From assembly GCA_018815555.1 (NCBI GenBank), contig JAHIWF010000158.1, positions 1 to 45,677 on the forward strand: a stretch of 45,677 nt of DNA, written 5' to 3'. The notes below the pieces were generated by a model. The model saw nothing but the letters and a program-made list of their open reading frames with translations, did no database searches and was not told the DNA's origin. Positions 25,527-34,341 of this stretch are shown one piece after another; the first letter of the stretch is position 1; each line of letters begins with the position of its first letter. Made by a program: the position numbers and the translations under genes. This DNA is from Spirochaetota bacterium. Its GTDB lineage: Bacteria > Spirochaetota > Spirochaetia > Treponematales > UBA12059.

Positions 25527-27755
25527 CTACTCCTCCATGAGCTCCATCACACCGGCAGCCTTAACAAACAATACCGGAGGCAATTCTTTAAAATGATCGA
25601 GTTCGCGTTCGAATAATAATTTATCCAGCTTAAACATACGCGCCAGTTGTCCGGCCTTTTTTCCGGGCATACCCACCAGAATCAGAGAGGCATCACTACT
25701 GACCGTATGCAGCACGTCGACGAAGGAGTTTTCATCCTCTTCAAGCAAAAGCAGTTCGGCACTGATATTATTGTGATCCAGTAGTTCGTGCATTTCGGCT
25801 TCAACATCGGACTTCGACTGCCCAGCCTCCAGCCGGCGGACCAGACGTACCGACGGTGGAATTATTCCAGTTTCTTCATCACTCTTTACTATTATATAAG
25901 CCAGCAACGCCATCAGATTTCCGTTATCTTCACCCTTCCACCACAGATCGAGCCGCGGGGCCTTGTCCACAGGTATCGGTCCGTGCTGATAGACCATGAC
26001 GTTTTTCCCCTGCTCTATCAGCTTTTCGATAATTGCCGAAAGATGCAAACGGGTATCGGCACTCAGCAGCACCGAGTTAAAGCTTAGCCCACTGGGCAAA
26101 GCCAGCTGGGCAGCCGCCGGAATAAATTCCGAAGCCTCTTTTTGGTCAACATCCACAATTCTGGCATCATCGGGCAGCTGGCTTACATCCACTCCATTCT
26201 TGCCAGGTATCACATTAATGGAAACCATACCCTTAAAGTCAGCAATCCTGCGCGCCAGCCGCAGCGCTGGCAGGCCATCGTCCAACTGGTCACCGAACAC
26301 AAATACCGAAAGCAGCGGCCGCCAGTTCTTGGTTCCCTGAATGATTTTCTTCAGCCGGTGCATACCCCAGTTGATAATCGAGAACATCAGCCCCCACCAT
26401 ACGCCTTCCAGCTGCCCCTTGGCTTTATAGCGCAGGATCAGGTTAAAGATTAGCAGCTGGCTGCCAAGAACTATCAGTCCAAGCCACCAGCTGTCCATGG
26501 CAATAATGGTCATAGAACCGATAAAACCGGCCAGGCCGACAAAAGTCGGTACCTTGCGGGTCGGCCGGAAGCTGGGATTTCCGGAAACCCTTTCAAAGAA
26601 AGCTACTAGATTTATCCAGCCGTACACAACCAGGAAGGCAATACCCACAACACGAGAGGAAACATTAACATCACCACTCCAGACCACAACCATGGCGATG
26701 ATAAAGGTCAGAAGGGTGGCAAAGCGCGGCTCGCTTCCGCCTTTTTTAAAATCTTTTTTTAATATGTCCATCCAGCGCGGCAGGATAGAATCCTCCACCA
26801 GAGCCTGAGCAGTTCGCGGCGCGGTTACAAAGTAGGACAGCGCTGACGAGCCTGTAGCCACCATAACGCCGGCCATCAGAATTACATACAGGATAATATT
26901 GCCGGAGAACAGCCTGGTCATCGAAGGAATATTTCCGGCAGAATCAACAACCAGCATACTCGGGTTAATAAAACTGAACACTATGGCCAGTCCGGCATAT
27001 ACGGCAAAAGTAATGGCGATAGCAATAAAAGTACCGCGGAACAGGCTTCTTTTGGGTGTCTTCAGCAGACCGCTCATGCCCACGCCGGCATCAATTCCGG
27101 TAACTGCCGGGAAAAAAGTAGTCAGTGCCACAAAAAAACCATAGGCAGTGCCTGCTCCGCGCAGGTTGGCCATGGACTGGAAGATCGGCTGCCCGCCGGC
27201 TTGCAGACCCATCATCGGGCTGAAAAAGAAACCGCCTATAGCCACCGAAAGCATCAGAAAGATGATAAACTGAATCTTGACCACAAAGTCGGCACCTATC
27301 AGCGAAGAAACCAGCCCGAGTAGGGCCAGCAAGCTGCCCAGAAGCTGCTTTTGCACCAATATCGACCAGCCCATACTCTCGGCCAGGGCTGCTATTGCCG
27401 GGATGCCCTGCAACAATTCCTGTAACGGAGTGGCAAAACCTATGGCATAAAAACCGATACTGGCTGCCTGGGCCAGAAACAGTTGTATGCCGATGGAGCC
27501 ACCGAAGGCTTTTCCCAGGCTGCGTTTTGATACCGCGTACATGCCGCCAGAGCCGATATTGTGCACAGAACTGGTACAATCACCGATGGAAAATGCCGTT
27601 GCTGTGGTTATGAGATTAGCCACCACTACAATTAACAGCATGTTGACCAGGCCCATCTCGCCCACCAGATGCGGCAAGAGCAGAAAGAGCACCGCGCCGA
27701 GGATGGCCTCGAAGCTGGGGATAAATACCCCGTTGAATGTACCAAGCTTTTTCAT
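25527..27755 (-). CDS. APC-superfamily permease, cation-chloride cotransporter (SLC12)-like
   Basis: KLGTFNGVFIP, GGMYAVSKRSLGKAFGGSIG, FFPAVTGIDAG, KNWRP, LDLWWKG C-terminal domain. Confidence 0.85.
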   Translation of the reverse strand: MKKLGTFNGVFIPSFEAILGAVLFLLLPHLVGEMGLVNMLLIVVVANLITTATAFSIGDCTSSVHNIGSGGMYAVSKRSLGKAFGGSIGIQLFLAQAASIGFYAIGFATPLQELLQGIPAIAALAESMGWSILVQKQLLGSLLALLGLVSSLIGADFVVKIQFIIFLMLSVAIGGFFFSPMMGLQAGGQPIFQSMANLRGAGTAYGFFVALTTFFPAVTGIDAGVGMSGLLKTPKRSLFRGTFIAIAITFAVYAGLAIVFSFINPSMLVVDSAGNIPSMTRLFSGNIILYVILMAGVMVATGSSALSYFVTAPRTAQALVEDSILPRWMDILKKDFKKGGSEPRFATLLTFIIAMVVVWSGDVNVSSRVVGIAFLVVYGWINLVAFFERVSGNPSFRPTRKVPTFVGLAGFIGSMTIIAMDSWWLGLIVLGSQLLIFNLILRYKAKGQLEGVWWGLMFSIINWGMHRLKKIIQGTKNWRPLLSVFVFGDQLDDGLPALRLARRIADFKGMVSINVIPGKNGVDVSQLPDDARIVDVDQKEASEFIPAAAQLALPSGLSFNSVLLSADTRLHLSAIIEKLIEQGKNVMVYQHGPIPVDKAPRLDLWWKGEDNGNLMALLAYIIVKSDEETGIIPPSVRLVRRLEAGQSKSDVEAEMHELLDHNNISAELLLLEEDENSFVDVLHTVSSDASLILVGMPGKKAGQLARMFKLDKLLFERELDHFKELPPVLFVKAAGVMELMEE

Positions 27756-27765
27756 AGTACAGATG

Positions 27766-27794
27766 AGTATAAGAAGCCGCAGGATGCTTGTCCA
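27766..27794 (-). promoter_or_regulatory. promoter of the permease-add operon, very short leader
   Basis: Minus strand TGGACA-17-TATACT, 10 nt, ATG; no SD. Confidence 0.55.
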
Positions 27795-27809
27795 GCTGAA
27801 ACGGAGTTT

Positions 27810-28475
27810 TTATAAATCCTGCAGGAACTGCAGTGTCTTGTCCACCTTTGGGGCTACTACCAGACGACAGTAGGCGGCATCTGGATTCTTGGCAAAATAG
27901 TCCTGATGGTACTCTTCGGCCAGCCAGAAACGCTCCAACGGCTGCAGTTCCGTTACCACGGCGTTTTCATACACATTGCCGGCCCGGCCAAGTGCCGACT
28001 GCGCGGCCTTCAGCTGCAGCTCGTCGCGATACAAAATAATGGACCGATACTGCGGACCGATATCCGCGCCTTGCCGGTTGGGCGTCGTAGGATCATGTAT
28101 AGTAAAGAATAGATCGAACAGCAGCTCCAGGTTGGTATAGGCCGGATCGTAAACAATGCGCACTACCTCGGCATGGCCGCTTGTACCCAGTGAAACCACC
28201 CGGTAATCCGGATTGGGGCGCTCTCCGCCGGAGTAACCGGACTCAACTGACAGAACCCCCGGAACCAGTTCATAGGCTGCTTCAAGACACCAGAAGCAGC
28301 CGCCGCCCAGCACCAGCTCATCCATCCCGGCCGGGAGTTCTGCCAATCGGCTGTTCGTACTGGTCGATACTGCCGCTGAACCAGAAACGGAGTCAACACT
28401 CGCTGAATCAATCATATCCGGAGCAACACAGGCGGCGAGGCCGATGGTCAATAGTATAATTATTGTATATTTCAT
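27810..28475 (-). CDS. msrA: peptide-methionine (S)-S-oxide reductase with lipoprotein signal
   Basis: GGCFWC, GYSGG, GHAEVV, HDPT..NRQG.D.GPQYRS, AEEYHQDY; lipobox LAAC. Confidence 0.93.
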   Translation of the reverse strand: MKYTIIILLTIGLAACVAPDMIDSASVDSVSGSAAVSTSTNSRLAELPAGMDELVLGGGCFWCLEAAYELVPGVLSVESGYSGGERPNPDYRVVSLGTSGHAEVVRIVYDPAYTNLELLFDLFFTIHDPTTPNRQGADIGPQYRSIILYRDELQLKAAQSALGRAGNVYENAVVTELQPLERFWLAEEYHQDYFAKNPDAAYCRLVVAPKVDKTLQFLQDL

Positions 28476-28538
28476 AAAACTAATATAATAAAAAGGCGAC
28501 AGGTTTTGTGAAAAAACGTAATTATCGCTGGTTCCGGA

Positions 28539-28567
28539 TTGACAGGTTTATAAGCGGCACGTATTCT
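28539..28567 (+). promoter_or_regulatory. sigma70 promoter for the membrane DGC
   Basis: TTGACA-17-TATTCT. Confidence 0.6.
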
Positions 28568-28654
28568 ATGCTGGACAGAGCCAAGCTACATCGAGTAATC
28601 AGCTTGTTGAGTCTGTAAATAATACAATATAAAACAAAAAGACGGAGATACAGC

Positions 28655-29701
28655 GTGAAACTGCTTTCCCACGCAGCTGCAGTACTTACAGGAATCTTCC
28701 TTACCGCACTACTCCTCACGCTCAGAGCAACTTTGCCGTTTTTGGGAATGCCGGTGTCGGCAGTAAGTCTGATCCGTATGCTGTTGCCGGCTATTATCCT
28801 ACTTGGGGCCATAATCCTCAGCGTCGACACACTGATTCGTAAAGACAAAGCCTGGATTCAGTTTTCCGGCCGCAGTAAAACCGTGCTGGCAATCATCAGC
28901 TTCATTCTTACTATGGCCATATGTACAGTAGATCTGCTGACCGGTTTTGTACCTTTCCTGATTCTGCCAGGGCTGCTGGCTATCAGTGTGATGCTATGGA
29001 ACCATCCGCGCATACTGGGCTCGCTCAGCGTACTGGCAGTAATTCTGCTGGCAGCCGGACAGCTGCTACTGCACAAAGCGCTGACTATGGATTTTATAAG
29101 CTTGCTCGGCTTCGGCCTGCTCTTGTCGTTTTTCGGTTCGGAGCTGGTTCGGCGCAATCTGGCTCCCACCGAAGCCAGGCTAAAATCGCTGGAAGCCGAA
29201 AACCAGGAACTCTGGAACCTTTCCTACCGCGACTCGCTTACCGGCCTGTTCAACCGGCGCTACATGCAGCAAACCACCTCGCATATTTTTGCGCGCGCCG
29301 TGCGCTATCGCGAACAGCTGCATGTGCTGATGCTGGATATTGACCATTTCAAGAAGGTTAACGACAAACTGGGACACGCAGTCGGCGACGAGGTACTAAA
29401 AGCGGTTTCGGCCACCATCCAGTCCTGCATCCGGTCCAGCGACGTGGCGGCCCGCTACGGCGGTGAAGAATTTATCATTTTTATTGTGCAGGCCAATTCC
29501 GAGCTTACCCAGTTTATCGCCAACCGCATCCGCGATGGTGTGGCTGCGCTTAATATTTCCGGGGTTCCCTGGCCGGTAACCATAAGCATAGGCGTAGCCG
29601 GGCTGCAAGACGGCGACAACCAGGAAGGCCTCATCGAACGGGCCGACAAGTTTCTGTATACCTCAAAACACCAGGGGCGCAACCGCGTTTCAGGATTCTG
29701 A
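28655..29701 (+). CDS. membrane diguanylate cyclase
   Basis: About 6 TM; DSLTGLFNRR, DIDHFKKVND, I-site RSSD, RYGGEEF; GTG start after GGAG. Confidence 0.9.
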   Translation: MKLLSHAAAVLTGIFLTALLLTLRATLPFLGMPVSAVSLIRMLLPAIILLGAIILSVDTLIRKDKAWIQFSGRSKTVLAIISFILTMAICTVDLLTGFVPFLILPGLLAISVMLWNHPRILGSLSVLAVILLAAGQLLLHKALTMDFISLLGFGLLLSFFGSELVRRNLAPTEARLKSLEAENQELWNLSYRDSLTGLFNRRYMQQTTSHIFARAVRYREQLHVLMLDIDHFKKVNDKLGHAVGDEVLKAVSATIQSCIRSSDVAARYGGEEFIIFIVQANSELTQFIANRIRDGVAALNISGVPWPVTISIGVAGLQDGDNQEGLIERADKFLYTSKHQGRNRVSGF

Positions 29702-30892
29702 AAGCGGTACCTCCAGTCTGCAAACCAACCCGGGTCCGCGCGACCAGCTGACAGAGCCATCTACCTGACCCACCAGCGAACGTATTATAGACAGACCAAG
29801 ATTACCGCCGATTTCCGGGTCCAGACTATCCGGCAGCCCCGGACCGTTATCGCCAATGTGCAGCGAGACATGCTTTGTGTCTGACTCCAGGGTAATGGCT
29901 ATGCATAAGTCCGCAGTACCGCGCAGTCCGTATTTCAGCGAATTGGTTACCAGTTCATTGATAATCAGTCCGAGCGGGATGCTAGTCTCCAGGGGGATTC
30001 TGGTCGGGGCCAGCGAATACTGTATCCGCGGTGCCCGTGGTGCGGCCGAGGCGATGGTATGCACCAGGTTGGGAATATAAGAAGCCAGATCGATACTGGA
30101 AAAATCCTCGGACTGGTACAGCTCGGCATGCACCAGGGCCATGGCGCTGATGCGATTGCGTGCTTCGTTCAGGGTATTCTGCACACTGGCATCCTGGGAT
30201 TCGCTACTCTGCAGGTGCAGCAGGCTGTCCACAATCTGCAGATTATTCTTGACCCGATGATGAACTTCCTTAAAGAGCACCGTATTTTGATCTAAAGCCT
30301 TCTGCAGCCGCACTTTTTCGTGCTCCAGTTCACGGGTGCGCTCCTGCACCCGGGCTTCCAGCGTTTCGTACAGAATGCCGTTGCGCAGTACCAGGGCCAG
30401 CACTCCGGCCAGTTTGTCCAGGCTGGAAACCAGATTGCCCAAATGCTGTTCATCCATCAGCCCGAAGAGGAACATGACTCCGCTACGATTATTTTCGTAT
30501 AACAGTGGAATTATGATGGTCAAACCAGCGTCCAGTCCGATTAGGCATTCTTCGATGCGGCGCAGCAGTTCATCCTCCGGGGCAGCCTCCTCCGGCCGGC
30601 AGAAATACTGGATATGCGGCAACTCATGCGCCAGCTCCACCAGCTTCTGCATGTCGGCACTGTCGGCCAGACTGCGCCGGCGTTCTGGAACTGCCGAAAT
30701 CAGGCGGTGCAGGTGCTCGGAGCCGTTACCGAGACACTGAAATACCAAGACAGTTTTTACCCCCACAAAATGCCGCAGCCGTTCGGCCAGCAGCCCGGCG
30801 CTACCCGAAGGGCTGTCGGCCGCCGACAACACGCTTTGCAGAAGATCGGATAAAAGTATGCCGAAGGCGGCTTCGTCGCTATGCGCCGTCAT
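29690..30892 (-). CDS. cytoplasmic HisKA_2-type histidine kinase with a GAF-like N-terminus
   Basis: EVHHRVKNNLQ, NELVTNSLKYG, DNGPG, NLGLSII; no TM; 14-nt overlap with DUF1638. Confidence 0.88.
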   Translation of the reverse strand: MTAHSDEAAFGILLSDLLQSVLSAADSPSGSAGLLAERLRHFVGVKTVLVFQCLGNGSEHLHRLISAVPERRRSLADSADMQKLVELAHELPHIQYFCRPEEAAPEDELLRRIEECLIGLDAGLTIIIPLLYENNRSGVMFLFGLMDEQHLGNLVSSLDKLAGVLALVLRNGILYETLEARVQERTRELEHEKVRLQKALDQNTVLFKEVHHRVKNNLQIVDSLLHLQSSESQDASVQNTLNEARNRISAMALVHAELYQSEDFSSIDLASYIPNLVHTIASAAPRAPRIQYSLAPTRIPLETSIPLGLIINELVTNSLKYGLRGTADLCIAITLESDTKHVSLHIGDNGPGLPDSLDPEIGGNLGLSIIRSLVGQVDGSVSWSRGPGLVCRLEVPLSES

Positions 30893-31466
30893 AAGCCCCC
30901 AGATCTTTCAGGGCAGCGCGGATGGACAGTTCCAACTGCTGCAGGCCGGTGTGTTCGATCCGCACTGGCATGCCCATAAACGCTTCTATTTCCTTGATGG
31001 TACCGGAGGGGATAGTACTGACGCCGGTATCCAGATACACCAAGCCGCTCATAGAATCGGCCATAAAACGCCTGGCAAGGTCCGGGTCGGCAAAGCCCAG
31101 CTCGGTTTTAAAAACCTCAGCCCAGCGTTCGGTCCATTCCGGCATAAAGAAAAAAGAACCCTTGCTCCGCAACTCACAATAACGCGGCGAGCCAAGCATT
31201 ATCTCGCAGCAATTTACCCCAGCAGTACGCCGACAAACTGAAGGTCGTATAAACTCATCCATATTATGGCAGCAGTCGCCATACACCAACAGGGTTGGCT
31301 CCGGGTTGAGCAAGGCAGTGTGCAGAATCTGGTCCAGCTTTTCCGGCTGCATGTGCAGCATGGAGTCAAGAAAACTTAAGCGCAGCCCGGACAGCAGTTC
31401 CGGAGGCAGTCTGGCAAGTTCTTGTCGGAAAATGCCACAGGCCAGGGTGCGGACTTTGCTACTCAT
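30879..31466 (-). CDS. DUF1638-family protein
   Basis: LACGIF..E, LHMQPEKL, LVYGDCC, NCCEIMLG, FFFMPEW, YLDTG; ATG 31466 overlaps the end of the upstream gene. Confidence 0.78.
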   Translation of the reverse strand: MSSKVRTLACGIFRQELARLPPELLSGLRLSFLDSMLHMQPEKLDQILHTALLNPEPTLLVYGDCCHNMDEFIRPSVCRRTAGVNCCEIMLGSPRYCELRSKGSFFFMPEWTERWAEVFKTELGFADPDLARRFMADSMSGLVYLDTGVSTIPSGTIKEIEAFMGMPVRIEHTGLQQLELSIRAALKDLGAYDGA

Positions 31467-32478
31467 AAGCCGACCGGGCAATGACCTGTTTCACTGCCTC
31501 AAGTACAGCCGGATCGGTTCGCCAGGGCAGCTCGGCCCCGGAACTGCAGAGCATCCAGCGCTGGTCGCCCCGCATCGAATGCAGCAGAGCTTCCACCTGG
31601 CGTTGTACTCCGTCTACCCCGTAAGCGTCAAAGTGCGGTCCGGAGATATTACCCAAAAGCAGGCAGTCCGGCCCGGCTTCCTTCCTGGCCGCGTCCAGTG
31701 AGTCCTGCGGGCTGAGCAAAAAGCCGGCCAGATTAGGAAGGTTTGTATACAAAGACAAGCTGCCGGACAGCCGGTTGCCGCCATGATGGAAAACCAGTGG
31801 TACAGGCGAGAAGGCAAAGGCCTGGTGCAAAATCGGCAGAGCAAGCTTGCGCAGATTGTCCATATCCAATAACTCTGGATTGGCCATCATTACCGGGCAG
31901 GAAAGCATGTTTACTCCTGCAGCCGCATAGGCCTCCGCCATGCCACGGAAGTGCTCAAGGCATTTTTCGGCCAGGGCAGCAGCAGCAGCTTTGTCGAACA
32001 ACAAGGCATCCAGCCAGTTTTCCATGCCGATCAGCAGTATCGGCAGGTCTACCGGCGCAATAAGCGGTGCTACCAACAGCCGCTGGCCACCATACTCCGC
32101 GGCCATAGCCCTGGCTGCCCCGAGCAGATACCCCAGCCCAGCATCCTTGTACGGATCGGGCAGCGGAACCTCCAACGCGGCCGCCACTGTCGAATAAGGC
32201 GGCTTGCCGACATTCGGCGCAGCCTGCGGCTGCGCTCCCACCGGAGCACCAAAAGCCGCAGCATGATAGGCAAACAAAAAGGGCGTAAAAACCACATCCG
32301 GGTCCAGCAAGGCCACTGCCGCCCGCTGGCCGCGTACATACAGCTCCGGCTGGCTGAAATAATCGGCCAGAGGCAGGTCGGCCAGCCTGGCACCGAACAC
32401 ACTGGTTACCAGGCCATACGGTACCCGGTCGCGCTCCTGCCCGGCCAGCGTTGCCCCTATCCGCTCCATGTGGGTCAT
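31459..32478 (-). CDS. UroD/MtaA-CmuA (MT2 methyltransferase) fold protein with a degenerate Zn site
   Basis: ERIGATLAGQERDRVP, AAAFGA, LIGMENWL, FHHGG, LLGNIS, SSGAELP; ATG 32478 after AAGGAG. Confidence 0.8.
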   Translation of the reverse strand: MTHMERIGATLAGQERDRVPYGLVTSVFGARLADLPLADYFSQPELYVRGQRAAVALLDPDVVFTPFLFAYHAAAFGAPVGAQPQAAPNVGKPPYSTVAAALEVPLPDPYKDAGLGYLLGAARAMAAEYGGQRLLVAPLIAPVDLPILLIGMENWLDALLFDKAAAAALAEKCLEHFRGMAEAYAAAGVNMLSCPVMMANPELLDMDNLRKLALPILHQAFAFSPVPLVFHHGGNRLSGSLSLYTNLPNLAGFLLSPQDSLDAARKEAGPDCLLLGNISGPHFDAYGVDGVQRQVEALLHSMRGDQRWMLCSSGAELPWRTDPAVLEAVKQVIARSAYE

Positions 32479-32489
32479 ACTCAACTCCT

Positions 32490-33170
32490 TCAGCCGGCCG
32501 GGGCTGCCGCCGGTTTTTTGGAAAGGCCCTCTGCCAGGCGTTCCATTAATTGCGGTGCTTCCATGGCCGAATCCGCCGTTCCGTCCGCTCCAAGCTCCTG
32601 CACCAGGTCAGGCCGCAGTCGGAAAATGGCACCGCCCACCGCCAGTTTTATGCTGTCGCCCAGATTTCGCCGGTCCAGTTCGACCCGTACCGCCTTGATA
32701 TTCAGTGCGGTTGTAAGCATCATGGCAGAAACGCCGATAATGCAGGCCCCATGCCGCACCGCAGCATCGACAAAATCGGCAGCCGGAACATCATTGCCCA
32801 GATCCACTACCTGCCAGCCGTGTAGGCGCAAAAATGCTATTACCATGCGGCGTCCAAGCACATGAAAGTCATCCTCAATATTCCCCATGATAATGACACC
32901 GCGGCTGCCATCGCCTACCGGTGCGCTGCCGCTCTTTAAATACTCATCCAATAGCAATTCAGTTACCTTGCCCGCAACATAGCTTTGGGCCAATGAAATT
33001 TTACTTTCACCCCACATCTCCCCGGCTCTGCGCAATACCGGCTCGACCAGACCATGTATCAGCTCAGGATAGCCGCTGCGCTCGGCCTCTTTCCGTAATT
33101 TTGCTACTGCCCCATCCAGATTCCCGGCCAGAATATCATCGAGCAGTTCTATTTCCTGATACTCAAACAT
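32490..33170 (-). CDS. corrinoid (B12-binding) protein, MtaC/MttC-like
   Basis: Cap domain GEMWGESKISLAQ; DxHxxG motif DDFHVLG, DLGNDVP, GVSAMM, VGGA; GGAGG SD. Confidence 0.9.
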   Translation of the reverse strand: MFEYQEIELLDDILAGNLDGAVAKLRKEAERSGYPELIHGLVEPVLRRAGEMWGESKISLAQSYVAGKVTELLLDEYLKSGSAPVGDGSRGVIIMGNIEDDFHVLGRRMVIAFLRLHGWQVVDLGNDVPAADFVDAAVRHGACIIGVSAMMLTTALNIKAVRVELDRRNLGDSIKLAVGGAIFRLRPDLVQELGADGTADSAMEAPQLMERLAEGLSKKPAAAPAG

Positions 33171-33190
33171 GCCCGTCCTCCATAACCATA

Positions 33191-33219
33191 ACTATAAGGC
33201 TAAGCTCTGGCTGTGTCAA
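33191..33219 (-). promoter_or_regulatory. near-consensus promoter of the corrinoid operon
   Basis: Minus strand TTGACA-17-TATAGT. Confidence 0.7.
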
Positions 33220-33312
33220 AAAAGCGGGGCAAGCGAGCGAACTATCAAGGCAGGCTGCCAGGTCTTTGATACAGCTTTACCAGACGGCCATCGGGCACGT
33301 ATACTTGGCACT

Positions 33313-34320
33313 ATGAACACACTCAAACATCTGGCCGTGCGCGGCAGCGACATCCTGGTCGCAACTGATTCCATAAATCCTGACCAAACTGTGCCAGTCG
33401 ACTGCTGGCTGCATCCTGTCCTGCCGGCGGAGTTTTTGGCTCTGGCAGAGGACCATTGCCCCTTGTCACTGGCCGTCACGCCAAGCCGCTATGTTGTTCA
33501 TTCCTTTTCTGTTGACCAGCTGTCGCCGGCAAACTGCAGCTGGCTGCCGCTACGCGACCTGGTATACCGACTGCCCGAAGAAAGCTGGCTGCCGGCGGCC
33601 CGGGCCATGGCCTATGCCAACTGGCATCGCGGAAACCGCTTCTGCGCACGCTGCGGCGCGGCCATGGCGGATGCCGCACAGACAGCAGCGGCAGGTACAG
33701 CTGCGGCCGCTACAGTTTGGCTGTCCGGCAGCCCAGGCGCCGCAGCGGAGGCCCCAACAGCGCTGCCTACTCCGCCTTCTGCCGTCAGCCCAGGTTCCGG
33801 GTCTGGCTCGAGTGTCGAAGCGGCGGCCGTACCAAAGGCAGCACCTTTTGCCTCTGCCGCGCTCGCCGCCGCCGAGCCGGGAGAGCTGGCACTGCGCTGC
33901 ACCGGTTGCGGCCAGCTGCTTTTTCCGCGGATTTCGCCGGCTATCCTGGCGGTGGTGGTAAAGGACGGCAAGCTGCTCTTGGCCAGAAACGCCGCCAACA
34001 AGCAGGGCTTCTGGAGCCTGGTAGCCGGTTTTATGGAACCAGGCGAGCGCTTCGAAGACTGCGTCCGGCGCGAAGTGCGCGAGGAGGTTGGCATCGAGGT
34101 GCAGGTAGACGGCTATCTTGGTTCGCAGCCCTGGCCCTTCCCCGACCAGCTAATGGTAGGATTTTCGGCCAGCTGGGTGTCCGGCGAGCTAAAACCCGAC
34201 GGCATCGAGATTGCCGAGGCGCTCTGGTTTGCTCCCGATCAGCTGCCGCCGGTGCCGCGCAGCGGCAGTCTTTCGCGCCGCCTGATCGATCAAGCCTGCA
34301 AAAAGCTGTCAGCTAGCTGA
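33313..34320 (+). CDS. nudC: NAD(+)/NADH diphosphatase with an Ala/Pro-rich insertion
   Basis: RFCARCG...CTGCG..FPRISPA; Nudix box GFMEPGERFEDCVRREVREEVG; SQPWPFP; ATG 33313 is 7 nt after TATACT. Confidence 0.88.
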   Translation: MNTLKHLAVRGSDILVATDSINPDQTVPVDCWLHPVLPAEFLALAEDHCPLSLAVTPSRYVVHSFSVDQLSPANCSWLPLRDLVYRLPEESWLPAARAMAYANWHRGNRFCARCGAAMADAAQTAAAGTAAAATVWLSGSPGAAAEAPTALPTPPSAVSPGSGSGSSVEAAAVPKAAPFASAALAAAEPGELALRCTGCGQLLFPRISPAILAVVVKDGKLLLARNAANKQGFWSLVAGFMEPGERFEDCVRREVREEVGIEVQVDGYLGSQPWPFPDQLMVGFSASWVSGELKPDGIEIAEALWFAPDQLPPVPRSGSLSRRLIDQACKKLSAS

Positions 34321-34341
34321 ATTTTCAACTGGTCACATGGA

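Noticed and set aside
28568-28620. c-di-GMP riboswitch in the leader of the membrane DGC
   Set aside because: An imperfect hairpin exists (CAAGCT/AGCTTG) but class I/II consensus elements were not found
31459-32478. hemE call
   Set aside because: Lacks RQAGR and sits in a corrinoid context, not a heme operon
31951-32865. 304-aa plus-strand ORF
   Set aside because: Antisense to the MT2-like and corrinoid genes; no motifs
33655-33897. Intein or mobile element in nudC
   Set aside because: No intein terminal motifs (C/S...HN), terminal inverted repeats or target duplication visible
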